Shown: positions 9,726-17,382 of the stretch, one piece after another | Layout of the letters: each line of letters starts with the position of its first letter | How positions within the stretch are numbered: the stretch's first letter is position 1 | Translations under genes and position numbers: made by a program | Sequence record: MN850577.1 | DNA length: 64,000 nt | Origin: Escherichia phage heid | Strand: one strand, 5' to 3' | The notes under the pieces: model-generated | Told to the model about the DNA's origin: nothing | Databases searched by the model: none | What the model saw: the letters and a program-made list of their open reading frames with translations, nothing else

Positions 9726-9800
9726 TGGCGGGGGATGTTGGAATTGAACCAACTTCTTCGATTTCAAAGACCGAGGTTTTAACCTTGTAAACTAATCCCC
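9726..9800 (-). tRNA. tRNA-Gln (anticodon TTG), tentative
   Basis: Anticodon stem TCGGT/ATCGA, loop CTTTGAA, T-loop TTCAATT; acceptor pairing imperfect in my fold. Confidence 0.5.
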
Positions 9801-9809
9801 TTTAAATCT

Positions 9810-10367
9810 TTACTTTCTCAGTGGATGAATAAAGAATGCCAACATAACTCTTTCCCTTGAGAATGCTCTTTCTTCTGGGACAACACTTTTTAGTTTCCAT
9901 CCAATATAAATTCTCCAGTAAAATTGTTTACCAAAGATTTTAATTGATGGGATAAAAGCGAATAATCCCCAAGCATTACTGTTCCACATTAGGAGATAAC
10001 CTGTCTGATTATCTTCGGGGTCAGAACTTACGTTGATATTACCTTTCCACTTAGTAACATCTCTTACATCTCTTCCTAATACATGGTAAGAGAAGTTATA
10101 AGCTTTGTTTCTCCAGAGCCATCCGACTCTTTGCATGTAGACACCTAGTTTACCAATCCATCTAATATTAGCCCATCTTTTAACGTGACCTTCATCACCA
10201 TCAATTGGGTTGTCATATGTCTCCATCCATCTGAACCCGAAAGGTAAGTGCCCTTTCTTCTCACTGTAGAATGGAACTACAAAAGGTGCTAAGATAACTG
10301 CTAAGATTGCTGCAAATGGCTCTAACAAAGCTAAGAAAATCCATGAAGCATACTTCAAATATCTCAT
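9810..10367 (-). CDS. hypothetical membrane protein embedded in the tRNA cluster
   Basis: 185 aa ORF with hydrophobic N-terminus (IFLALLEPFAAILAVILAPFVVPF) and W/Y-rich body, flanked by tRNA genes. Confidence 0.5.
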   Translation of the reverse strand: MRYLKYASWIFLALLEPFAAILAVILAPFVVPFYSEKKGHLPFGFRWMETYDNPIDGDEGHVKRWANIRWIGKLGVYMQRVGWLWRNKAYNFSYHVLGRDVRDVTKWKGNINVSSDPEDNQTGYLLMWNSNAWGLFAFIPSIKIFGKQFYWRIYIGWKLKSVVPEERAFSRERVMLAFFIHPLRK

Positions 10368-10386
10368 CTAAATAGCCTCTTTAAAT

Positions 10387-10462
10387 TGGCGCAGGATAAG
10401 GGATTCGAACCCCTATTAACAGCTTCGTAGACTGTTGCTCTATCCATTTGAACTAATCCTGC
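10387..10462 (-). tRNA. tRNA-Arg (anticodon ACG)
   Basis: Acceptor GCAGGAT/ATCCTGC, D-stem GTTC/GAGC, anticodon stem ACAGT/GCTGT, loop CTACGAA, T-loop TCGAATC. Confidence 0.7.
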
Positions 10463-10467
10463 AAAAT

Positions 10468-10545
10468 TGGTGTTCCAAGACGGATTCGAACCGTCACTAA
10501 TACAAGGTTTGAGCTTGCATCCTCTGCCAATTGGGATACTGGAAC
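10468..10545 (-). tRNA. short tRNA with leucine-type anticodon CAA, no long variable arm, discriminator A
   Basis: Acceptor GTTCCAG/TTGGAAC, anticodon stem GCAAG/CTTGT, loop CTCAAAC, T-arm GACGG-TTCGAAT-CCGTC; about 78 nt. Confidence 0.5.
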
Positions 10546-10546
10546 A

Positions 10547-10621
10547 TGGTACTCACTAAAGGACTTGAACCTTTTTCTTCATCTTGTAAGGGTGATGTTT
10601 TACCATATAAACTAAGCGAGT
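10547..10621 (-). tRNA. tRNA-Val (anticodon TAC)
   Basis: Acceptor ACTCGCT/AGTGAGT, D-stem GTTT/AAAC, anticodon loop CTTACAA, T-arm AAAGG-TTCAAGT-CCTTT. Confidence 0.6.
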
Positions 10622-10715
10622 ATGAAAGAGGTCTGAAGTTGTGCCGCTAACTCAACTTCGTGGAATTTGTTACGGTCTTCAGTTGACTCAAAGCGGTCTT
10701 TCACTTGACCTCTGA
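10622..10715 (-). ncRNA. structured non-tRNA element between tRNA genes (candidate small RNA or processing element)
   Basis: About 90 nt with outer inverted repeat AGAGGTC...GACCTCT and inner 7-bp hairpin GAAGTTG...CAACTTC; carries the recurrent GGTCTTCAG motif; does not fold as a cloverleaf. Confidence 0.3.
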
Positions 10716-10717
10716 AT

Positions 10718-10793
10718 TGGTGCTCCCACAAGGACTCGAACCCTGATAAGTTGCTTACAAGGCAACCGTAATAACCAATTATACGATAGGAGC
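10718..10793 (-). tRNA. tRNA-Thr (anticodon TGT)
   Basis: Acceptor GCTCCTA/TGGGAGC, anticodon stem GTTGC/GCAAC, loop CTTGTAA, T-arm CAGGG-TTCGAGT-CCTTG. Confidence 0.7.
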
Positions 10794-10800
10794 ATTAATT

Positions 10801-10877
10801 TGGAGCATCCAGAGGGAATCGAACCCTCAACCTCAGTTTGGAAGACTGTAATTTTCCCGTTTAAACTATGGATGCAC
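10801..10877 (-). tRNA. tRNA-Gly (anticodon TCC)
   Basis: Anticodon stem ACAGT/ACTGA (one mismatch), loop CTTCCAA, T-loop TTCGATT, CCA encoded. Confidence 0.6.
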
Positions 10878-10881
10878 TAAT

Positions 10882-10957
10882 TGGTGGAGTCACTGAGAAT
10901 TGAACTCAGTTCCCAAGTTTGCAAAACTCGAATTTTAACCATATAAACTATGACCCC
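10882..10957 (-). tRNA. tRNA-Ala (anticodon TGC)
   Basis: Acceptor GGGGTCA with G3:U70 wobble (alanine identity element), D-stem GTTT/AAAT, anticodon stem CGAGT/ACTTG, loop TTTGCAA. Confidence 0.7.
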
Positions 10958-10963
10958 ATTGTT

Positions 10964-11039
10964 TGGTACAGGTGGAGGGAATTGAACCCATCGTCTTACT
11001 GATTAAGAGTCAGCCGCATAACCATTTTGCTACACCTGC
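10964..11039 (-). tRNA. tRNA-Lys (anticodon CTT), tentative
   Basis: Acceptor GCAGGTG/CACCTGT, anticodon stem GCTGA/TCAGT, loop CTCTTAA, T-loop TTCAATT. Confidence 0.55.
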
Positions 11040-11046
11040 ATTAATT

Positions 11047-11123
11047 TGGTACACCTAGAGAGATTCGAACTCACACTGAGCAGATTCTAAGTCTGCTGCC
11101 TCTACCAGTTGGGCTATAGGTGC
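11047..11123 (-). tRNA. short tRNA with leucine-type anticodon TAG, no long variable arm, discriminator A
   Basis: Clean 76-nt cloverleaf: acceptor GCACCTA/TAGGTGT, anticodon stem GCAGA/TCTGC, loop CTTAGAA, T-loop TTCGAAT. Confidence 0.6.
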
Positions 11124-11377
11124 ATTAAATCTTTTTAGAGAACTTCTAAGAACCTGAGCAACAAGGTTCCACAACAAGCGACTAATAACCTTAGAAGCCC
11201 TCTAAAAAGACCTAAATAGGTCTTTGCATAGTCTTGTTTAATCCGGTGACTAGAACCTTTGGAGAGCTTGATATTATCTCTTCTCCGTGACACCTACTAG
11301 GTGCTTTGACAGTGTACGACAATACACGAGGGATAAACCGACAATGCGAACAAGCATGGACGGAGTAAATCTTATTA
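11124..11377 (-). ncRNA. ORF-free about 250-nt spacer in tRNA cluster (candidate structured RNA, e.g. Y-RNA-like or intron remnant)
   Basis: No convincing ORF (the 64 aa call 11212..11406 overlaps tRNA-Ser); multiple local inverted repeats; lies between two tRNA genes. Confidence 0.25.
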
Positions 11378-11467
11378 GGCGGTAAGTAAAGGAGTCGAAC
11401 CCTCACCGTATCTCTACAGTGGCAACAGTTTTCAAGACTGTTTGGCTGCCATTAGCCGCTACCTACC
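11378..11467 (-). tRNA. tRNA-Ser (anticodon TGA), long variable arm
   Basis: Acceptor GGTAGGT/ACTTACC, anticodon stem ACAGT/ACTGT, loop CTTGAAA, long variable arm, T-loop TTCGACT; terminal CCA not fully encoded. Confidence 0.65.
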
Positions 11468-11480
11468 CCTAATAAGACTT

Positions 11481-11567
11481 TGGCATGGGACGGAGGAGTT
11501 GAACCCCTTTGAAACGGTTTTGGAGGCCGTTGCTCATGCCTTAGAGTCTTAACATCGTCCCATATTA
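11481..11567 (-). tRNA. atypical tRNA-like gene (possibly anticodon CCA, Trp); structure not canonical in my fold
   Basis: Acceptor ATGGGAC/GTCCCAT, T-loop TTCAACT, CCA encoded; candidate anticodon loop CTCCAAA, but the D region is over-long. Confidence 0.4.
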
Positions 11568-11700
11568 TAATTCGAAGCTTACCCTGTTATCTCAACACTG
11601 TCAAGCTTCTTCTCAGATTATTTACATGTTCTGGAAAACATGAGATACAGACCACCTCCCTACAGGAAGACCCGCTTAGGTCGTCTAAGTAATCTGCTAA

Positions 11701-12048
11701 CTAATACTTTGCATGTCTTACCCTATGGCAATTTGAACATAGCAAAACACATTTGTCAAGTTCATCTTTTAGTTCTTGAGAGAACTTAAGGCTTTTCCTA
11801 TGACCAATGTTAAAATCTTTATCTGAAGGATTCAAATGATGGAAGTCATACACTGCTGGATGATATTTCTTACCACAATCATGACAAACCCCACCTTTGT
11901 ACTCAATAGCTGAGAGTTTAAGTGCTCTTTGTCTTTCTATGGTTTGCTCATTAACACACTTTTTACAGTATGAATGAGTTCTCCTACCATCTTTCATGTA
12001 GAAATCATTTTCATCCTTGCTAAGTTTGCACCTAATACAAGTTTTCAT
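11701..12048 (-). CDS. HNH homing endonuclease inserted in the tRNA cluster
   Basis: Likely start MKTCIRC at 12048; paired zinc-binding motifs CIRC...CKKC and CHDCG...CSNCH plus HH...N typical of HNH nucleases; sits between tRNA genes. Confidence 0.6.
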   Translation of the reverse strand: MKTCIRCKLSKDENDFYMKDGRRTHSYCKKCVNEQTIERQRALKLSAIEYKGGVCHDCGKKYHPAVYDFHHLNPSDKDFNIGHRKSLKFSQELKDELDKCVLLCSNCHRVRHAKY

Positions 12049-12062
12049 GATTTCTCCAAAAT

Positions 12063-12144
12063 TGGTCGAGGCGGCAGGACTCGAACCCGCATACTCCACT
12101 TACTCGGTTAACGTCTGTTTAGAAGACAGATGAGATACGCCCCG
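12063..12144 (-). tRNA. tRNA-like gene, type undetermined (an anticodon-like loop reads TCT)
   Basis: Acceptor CGGGGCG/CGCCTCG, T-arm GCGGG-TTCGAGT-CCTGC, CCA encoded; the internal arms do not fold canonically by hand. Confidence 0.4.
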
Positions 12145-12392
12145 TAATTATCTTTAAAGACTCTCTTAGAAAGCCCTTAAAGATGCCCACCTTATTAATC
12201 ATACCGTGGGCGAGTACGCCAAATTCTTTGATGAGGGATTGGAAGACCTCACTGGTGTTTAGCCTATCAAGCTACTGCCAGAAAAACATTGTCGTTTGCA
12301 TTTATTTTAAATTTGCAAAATAGACGCTACGCAACGAAAACTAAGGTTACTATAAAGTAGTCACATCTCAATGTCAACAACTTTATTGAAAT
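12145..12392 (-). ncRNA. ORF-free about 250-nt spacer in tRNA cluster (candidate structured RNA)
   Basis: No ORF; AT-rich with embedded TTGACA-like boxes; between the HNH-adjacent tRNA and tRNA-Ile. Confidence 0.2.
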
Positions 12393-12468
12393 TGGTACTG
12401 GTAGGTGGAATCGAACCACCGATGTTCCCTTATCAGGGGAGTGTTATAACCTTCTTAACTATACCAGC
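12393..12468 (-). tRNA. tRNA-Ile (anticodon GAT)
   Basis: Acceptor GCTGGTA/TACCAGT, anticodon loop CTGATAA on stem TCCC/GGGA, T-arm GGTGG-TTCGATT-CCACC. Confidence 0.6.
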
Positions 12469-12469
12469 T

Positions 12470-12546
12470 TGGAGGTTCAGATGGGAATCGAACCCACATT
12501 CATAGGGCTTATGAGACCCTTGCATTACCTTATCTGCGACTGAACC
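12470..12546 (-). tRNA. tRNA-Met (anticodon CAT; could be elongator, initiator or Ile2)
   Basis: Acceptor GGTTCAG/CTGAACC, anticodon stem AGGGT/GCCCT, loop CTCATAA, T-loop TTCGATT. Confidence 0.6.
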
Positions 12547-12550
12547 ATAT

Positions 12551-12626
12551 TGGTAGAAGTGGAGGGATTCGAACCCATCGCCTGTCAGATTAAAAGTCTG
12601 CCGCATCACCATTCTGCTACACTTCC
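12551..12626 (-). tRNA. tRNA-Lys (anticodon TTT)
   Basis: Acceptor GGAAGTG/CACTTCT, anticodon loop CTTTTAA, T-loop TTCGAAT. Confidence 0.6.
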
Positions 12627-13056
12627 ATTAAATTATCTTTGTAGATAAGCTACCCAGACTTGCTTAAGGTCTGTAGCGATGTGCCTTTTTTGGGTTTAAA
12701 TCTAGAATTTACCCATTCACCCTTTGTGGTCGCATACTCACAAGTAAGCTTAATAACTTATCTACAAAGGTAATTACCAGACCGTTGTTTATCATCTTAA
12801 GTGCTACCATTACACCAACTCGACATCTGCCGAGTGAAGGAATCGAACCTTCGCCTTTTCTTTACCGGAGAAATAGATTGTTTAAGTTTTGCTGTAAACG
12901 GCCTTCTGTAAATTTGTTGAGCCAGACCAAGTTTTAAATTTTCAAAATTAAATTGGCTTGAAATTTCATACATTCTTGCTGTATTTGGTCTTCTGCTCCC
13001 TTAAAGAATACTCGTAAGAACTCTTTAAGGGAGGGGCTAAATAGCCCTCTCAAAAT
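12627..13056 (-). ncRNA. ORF-free spacer with tRNA-like fragment (T-arm GAAGG-TTCGATT-CCTTC near 12830) and repeated trailer motifs
   Basis: Contains a T-arm-like hairpin without a complementary acceptor partner, two copies of TTGCTGTA..GG(C/T)CTTCTG, and a GGGGCT/AGCCCT hairpin near 13030. Confidence 0.25.
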
Positions 13057-13133
13057 TGGCGGCTACGATGAGACTTGAACTCACATCATCTCCCGTGACA
13101 GGGGAGTATTTTCTCCAGTTAAACTACATAGCC
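13057..13133 (-). tRNA. tRNA-Asp (anticodon GTC)
   Basis: Acceptor GGCTATG/CGTAGCC, anticodon stem CTCCC/GGGAG, loop CTGTCAC, T-arm GTGAG-TTCAAGT-CTCAT. Confidence 0.7.
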
Positions 13134-13138
13134 TTTAT

Positions 13139-13226
13139 TGGTGTGCCGTGTAGGAGTCGAACCTACCGAGTCTCAATGACAAGGGATTTACAGTCCCCAC
13201 CGCTACCATCTACGGGATAACGACAC
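13139..13226 (-). tRNA. tRNA-Tyr (anticodon GTA), long variable arm
   Basis: Acceptor GTGTCGT/ACGGCAC, anticodon stem GGGGA/TCCCT, loop CTGTAAA, long variable arm, T-loop TTCGACT. Confidence 0.65.
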
Positions 13227-13234
13227 ATTTAATT

Positions 13235-13311
13235 TGGCGGTTAGTCAGGGATTCGAACCCTGTGCCATTCGCTTAACAGGCGACCGCACATACCTTATGT
13301 GCTTCCTAACC
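13235..13311 (-). tRNA. tRNA-Asn (anticodon GTT)
   Basis: Acceptor GGTTAGG/ACTAACC, anticodon loop CTGTTAA, T-arm CAGGG-TTCGAAT-CCCTG. Confidence 0.6.
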
Positions 13312-13389
13312 TTAATACATTGCCAGACCGTGTTTTTTCTGTTATCCGCAAAAAAGTATTTTGTTGCTGAATACGGTCTTCTGCAAAAT

Positions 13390-13465
13390 TGGAGGCGGGT
13401 GCAGGAGTCGAACCTGCCGATACCATGCTAATGAGACATGTGAGACGCCCTTTCTCTATACCCGC
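13390..13465 (-). tRNA. second tRNA with anticodon CAT (Met/fMet/Ile2)
   Basis: Acceptor GCGGGTA/TGCACCC, anticodon stem CATGT/GCATG, loop CTCATTA, T-loop TTCGACT. Confidence 0.6.
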
Positions 13466-13557
13466 AATTCTTAATGACCAGACCAAATCTCTTCTTTGTC
13501 CGATTTACCTTCAGATGAATAAGATTAAGTTTGCTGTAATTGGTCTTCTGTCAAAAC

Positions 13558-13635
13558 TGGCGTTCCAGAAGGGATTTGAACCCTCAGATATCCACTTTGA
13601 AAGAGTGGTGACTATACCATTTTGTCTACTGGAAC
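13558..13635 (-). tRNA. tRNA-Glu (anticodon TTC)
   Basis: Acceptor GTTCCAG/CTGGAAC, anticodon stem CCACT/AGTGG, loop CTTTCAA, T-loop TTCAAAT. Confidence 0.7.
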
Positions 13636-13642
13636 ATTAATT

Positions 13643-13718
13643 TGGTCTCTGTTGGAGGACTTGAACCTCCGGCCTTACCGCCCCAAACGGAACGCTCTAC
13701 CAATCTGAGCTAAACAGA
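13643..13718 (-). tRNA. tRNA-Pro (anticodon TGG)
   Basis: Acceptor CTCTGTT/AACAGAG, D-arm AGCTCAGATTGGTAGAGC, anticodon loop TTTGGGG, T-arm GGAGG-TTCAAGT-CCTCC. Confidence 0.65.
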
Positions 13719-13837
13719 GATAAACTTTTCAAACTCTATGTAACCACTTTAACATTATTTTTTAGTGATTGTCAAGAACTTTTTTAAAATATTTTTCAGT
13801 ATCTTAGAAAAGCTCTCATTTCGCTTCTATGTAGAAC

Positions 13838-13866
13838 ATATTAAAGGGTATTAAACACATTGTCAA
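13838..13866 (-). promoter_or_regulatory. sigma70-consensus promoter upstream of the tRNA cluster
   Basis: Minus strand reads TTGACA-ATGTGTTTAATACCCTT-TAATAT (17-nt spacer), about 120 nt upstream of the first tRNA. Confidence 0.55.
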
Positions 13867-13884
13867 TACCCTTTTTAAAACTTT

Positions 13885-15300
13885 TTACCAGATATAACGG
13901 TCAATCATTACTGCTTTGAGCATTACACTGATTGGGTCAAACTTCTCACCACCAAGCAGAGCTTTTAAAGTGGCTGGAGAGAACCCTGATACCATTGCTA
14001 CACCGTTATCCTTAACAGATACTTCGCAAGTACCATTACGGTTTGCTAAGTACCAGAATACCAGTTGTGGCATCTCATATCCAGCTTTTTTGTACTTACT
14101 CTGAATTGCTTCAAAGTTTGTACGACCGTTAGCTCCATCAACCTGATTAAACTCCATATCGGAGAAGATGATAAGCTTACTTGGCATATCTTTCTGAGTC
14201 AAGTTGTTTCTTTTACCTGTTTCAAGAATGCGGTCAAAAGCTGCTTGTAAGTTAGTTGAGCCATATTCAACGTGTCGCATCACCTGACGATGACGGTTTC
14301 GTAAATCACCACTCAGTTCGATGAAGTGAGGGTTTGTTGAATAAACCATTAACTCATTCTTAAAGCAACCTGTATTGCGTTCTGCTACATACAAGGCAAG
14401 TGATACACCAATATCCAGAGCAGTAATGGAGCCAAAATTCACCCAAGACATTGAACTTGATACATCAGACATACACAAGATGTTTTCACCTTCTGCCATC
14501 CAGTTTGGTAGTGCTTTCCACTGCTCATTAGCAACATCTGCATTACCATACTTGACAGATTTAATCACATCGTATGGGTAAACAGCACCAGCGTTAATCT
14601 TAGTCTCACCTTTTGATAAGGACTCGATGTAAGCTTTGTAACGCTCTCCATCTTTACGGTTAAACAGTTTTTGGTAACGTGCAGCAGCAAGTGAAGGAAT
14701 CTTACTGTAGTCAATCTTACCAAACTCATTAGCAGAGATTTTTTGCTCAACTGTATCAGATAGTGCAGACAACAGTGTGCGGTACTCTTTCTCACTCAAG
14801 TTGGCAAACTTGCAGAAACGTTTTACAAACTGCTTATGACGTGGTTTGACTCGTGGTAACCACTTAGCCGCCAAACCTGCTGTTGCAGGGTCTAGTAATG
14901 CTGCTTCTAAATGTTTGAAGGCATCTGTCTCGAAACGAGTACCTACGAAGATTTTGAAGTCATCAAAACGACCAAGTTCTGCAATCTTATCCATAATGCG
15001 AAGAACCTGCGTAGACTCTAAAACTTTGTCTTCAATTGCTTGAAGCAAAACAGTTCTGAAGGCTTTACGCTCACCCATACCTTCTCGTACATCTCGCATA
15101 TGAAGCAAAATACGAACTGCAACATCAACATCCTCACGCAAAGCTTTGTAGAACAGGTCTGGTAAGATTTCTACGTTGCTACGGCTTGAACCAGCAGCTT
15201 TGTAAAAGTTTACTAGAGCAGACATTGATGAAGTATGGTTTACAGCACCATTTTCAGTTCGACCTGCATGAAGGTGCGCATGTTTAAATAATTCGCTCAT
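13885..15300 (-). CDS. vWA-domain protein with MIDAS motif; possibly TROVE/Ro60-like or DUF2828-like
   Basis: 471 aa; helical N-terminal about 270 aa, then a DxSxS MIDAS motif (CMSDVSSSMS) and a C-terminal segment ending LIIFSDMEF, as in vWA folds; adjacent to the tRNA cluster. Confidence 0.45.
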   Translation of the reverse strand: MSELFKHAHLHAGRTENGAVNHTSSMSALVNFYKAAGSSRSNVEILPDLFYKALREDVDVAVRILLHMRDVREGMGERKAFRTVLLQAIEDKVLESTQVLRIMDKIAELGRFDDFKIFVGTRFETDAFKHLEAALLDPATAGLAAKWLPRVKPRHKQFVKRFCKFANLSEKEYRTLLSALSDTVEQKISANEFGKIDYSKIPSLAAARYQKLFNRKDGERYKAYIESLSKGETKINAGAVYPYDVIKSVKYGNADVANEQWKALPNWMAEGENILCMSDVSSSMSWVNFGSITALDIGVSLALYVAERNTGCFKNELMVYSTNPHFIELSGDLRNRHRQVMRHVEYGSTNLQAAFDRILETGKRNNLTQKDMPSKLIIFSDMEFNQVDGANGRTNFEAIQSKYKKAGYEMPQLVFWYLANRNGTCEVSVKDNGVAMVSGFSPATLKALLGGEKFDPISVMLKAVMIDRYIW

Positions 15301-15381
15301 ATTTTACTCTCTTCTCTCATTTGTTGTTTGATGTGACAGACTTTAGAGCAACTTTATAGAGTCTGTCAACACCTTTTAAAA

Positions 15382-15753
15382 TTATTTTTTGAGAGTCGCT
15401 ACAGCAGAAAACGTTGGTTTGTTATCTGTCTGGGTTTGACCACCATTATCAGGGGTTTTCTTAGTGTCTGCTGCAATCGCTTTCATCTCACCTGCTGAGT
15501 GGGTCATGATAGTTTTACCAGCTTCCATCATCGACTTCAGGTTTACATCGTCAGTCGTCAAACCGAACTCTGCAAGCTTAGCAGCATCCCTTGTAACAAT
15601 CGCCTCAAACAACTTTGCAGCAAACTCAGCAGAATTATCAATGGTCAGTTGAGCTTTTACGAGTGAACTTTTGTTACGAGAGCCTTTTGGTCTTCCAGAT
15701 GGGTTTCCAGACTGGCCTTTTTTAAACTGGCCTTTGTTTGTTCTGTTTTTCAT
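15382..15753 (-). CDS. hypothetical basic protein with N-terminal GNPSGRPKG motif
   Basis: 123 aa; N-terminus KGQFKKGQSGNPSGRPKGSRNK resembles a motif seen in small phage DNA-binding/packaging proteins (from memory, unverified). Confidence 0.4.
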   Translation of the reverse strand: MKNRTNKGQFKKGQSGNPSGRPKGSRNKSSLVKAQLTIDNSAEFAAKLFEAIVTRDAAKLAEFGLTTDDVNLKSMMEAGKTIMTHSAGEMKAIAADTKKTPDNGGQTQTDNKPTFSAVATLKK

Positions 15754-16145
15754 TGGTATGCCTCTTATAAGACCTCTTAAAAGGCTTTTAAGATAAAAGA
15801 TAGATATCCAGAAAGATATCTGTTTAAATAGCCTTTTTAGAGGAACCTTTTAAGTTATCTTCTAAGTATTTATAAGCCTACACCTTGTCAAGTACTTTGT
15901 CAACAACTTTTTTAACTTGCAATAGTTCTTGACTTGTTGTATGGATTACTGTACCATCTTACTTAAAGCTGTAGGTCTGCCTTGTTCTACAAAGGAGACT
16001 TAATGAGAAAATCAAATAAACCGAAGAAAGGTAAGAATACCAATCACTGTAAGGAATCAAAAAGGGTAGAATTAATCTACTATTCATCCTCTGAAATTGG
16101 TCTGTACCTGTTCTTTCAAAATTACAGAAGACAAGAGGATTATCT

Positions 16146-16379
16146 ATGTGTAGTTCCCAATTAGAAATCGCAGATATTATAGACTTATATCAAACTGCAA
16201 AGAGTCATGGCTATATAACCTCAATTGGAAAGAATAGTCACTATGATGCTTTGACTGGAATGTATTTCAGGGCAATGGCTCAATCTAGTGAACAACACTT
16301 AGTGGTTTCTTCCAGTGAGTTTACTTCGTTTCTCTATTGCAGCAAAATTATAAATCGCAGGAGAACTGAAAAATGTTAA
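16146..16379 (+). CDS. hypothetical small protein
   Basis: 77 aa ORF at the start of the plus-strand block; weak support. Confidence 0.3.
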   Translation: MCSSQLEIADIIDLYQTAKSHGYITSIGKNSHYDALTGMYFRAMAQSSEQHLVVSSSEFTSFLYCSKIINRRRTEKC

Positions 16380-16963
16380 CAGTAAGTTTTAATTACAATA
16401 GTGATGGCTCTGTATCAATTAACTCACCATATGCAAATGACCTACTTAAAGAGCTAGTCAGTCAGTGTGAGCGGGGTCTTCACTATGTTCAAAATTCTTT
16501 TAAACAGAAGACTATTGCTAATAACTTGATGCGTGTAACAGTGACGGCATCGAATCCAAACTATGACTTTGATAGTGAAAGTCCATACTCATTAGTTGCG
16601 CTTGGAGAGTCCAGCCAATTCAAACTTGTTTGCCACGACTCAGAAACATTCCTTAAGGTATTTTCCAACCTTATCCATAATAATAAGTACAGCTACGTTG
16701 ATGGTAGTGTAAACTTCTATCCAGCAAACTATACATGTTTGTTGACTGATAATATGAGAAAAAGTAAGCAAGAACCTACAGAAATTTCATTTGATGTGAA
16801 CTCTAGTCCAGACGCAGAAACAAGTAAGAACTTTGATATGAGTTACGCATTGTCACTTAGTAAGAAATCCGAGTTCATTGATTATGTCAATGGATTTGGT
16901 TTTAAGTTTGATGAGAGTATGAATCTTAAAAAACTTAAGAACCTACTTAAGACTAAAGCTTAA
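16373..16963 (+). CDS. hypothetical protein
   Basis: 196 aa ORF followed by a hairpin (AGGGGCTGATGCCCCT) at about 16972-16992. Confidence 0.5.
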   Translation: MLTVSFNYNSDGSVSINSPYANDLLKELVSQCERGLHYVQNSFKQKTIANNLMRVTVTASNPNYDFDSESPYSLVALGESSQFKLVCHDSETFLKVFSNLIHNNKYSYVDGSVNFYPANYTCLLTDNMRKSKQEPTEISFDVNSSPDAETSKNFDMSYALSLSKKSEFIDYVNGFGFKFDESMNLKKLKNLLKTKA

Positions 16964-17010
16964 GTGTGAATAGGGGCTGATGCCCCTTTAACTATTTATA
17001 AGGATATTTA

Positions 17011-17382
17011 ATGAAAGCTAAGAGTGCAAAAGACTTTTATTGCTTCCTACAATCCTATATCAATTCCGTGCAAAATGGTGAAAGGTACAACCTTAATGAT
17101 GTTATCCCAACACCTTTGACATGGAGACTCAGCAAATGGCCTGAAGAAGATATTACACCAACAAGCGAACAACGCACCTACAAACCTGAAATCAATATTC
17201 CAGATTCTGAGAATCTACTATATCCAATGTTCCATATTGTTGGTCTTGGAAGATTCCTTATGGATATCCAGTATGTAATTGGTAAGGGTTATAAGGTTAA
17301 AGGTATTGTTGTTGGTGATGTATCTCCACATCACAAAGGTTATTTTAGACTAAACGCACATTTAGAGGCTAAAAAGAAATGA
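17011..17382 (+). CDS. hypothetical protein, paralog of the N-terminal domain of the downstream Ig-like protein
   Basis: 123 aa; shares motifs with residues 1-125 of the next gene (PLTWRLSKWPEEDI vs PLTYSSYWPEADI; FLMDIQYVIGKG vs FMDLQYAIINGK); ATGA overlap with the next gene. Confidence 0.55.
   Translation: MKAKSAKDFYCFLQSYINSVQNGERYNLNDVIPTPLTWRLSKWPEEDITPTSEQRTYKPEINIPDSENLLYPMFHIVGLGRFLMDIQYVIGKGYKVKGIVVGDVSPHHKGYFRLNAHLEAKKK

Noticed and set aside
11212-11406. 64-aa ORF in the tRNA cluster
   Set aside because: Overlaps tRNA-Ser(TGA) and sits in a structured spacer with no RBS; more likely non-coding
12820-12880. Possible tRNA gene (T-arm GAAGG-TTCGATT-CCTTC)
   Set aside because: No complementary 5' acceptor strand could be found; may be a tRNA fragment or pseudogene, so not called as a tRNA
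13234-13640. Three short ORF calls (13234-13431 plus, 13295-13486 minus, 13389-13640 plus)
   Set aside because: All overlap tRNA genes (Asn, Met, Glu) and have no translation signals
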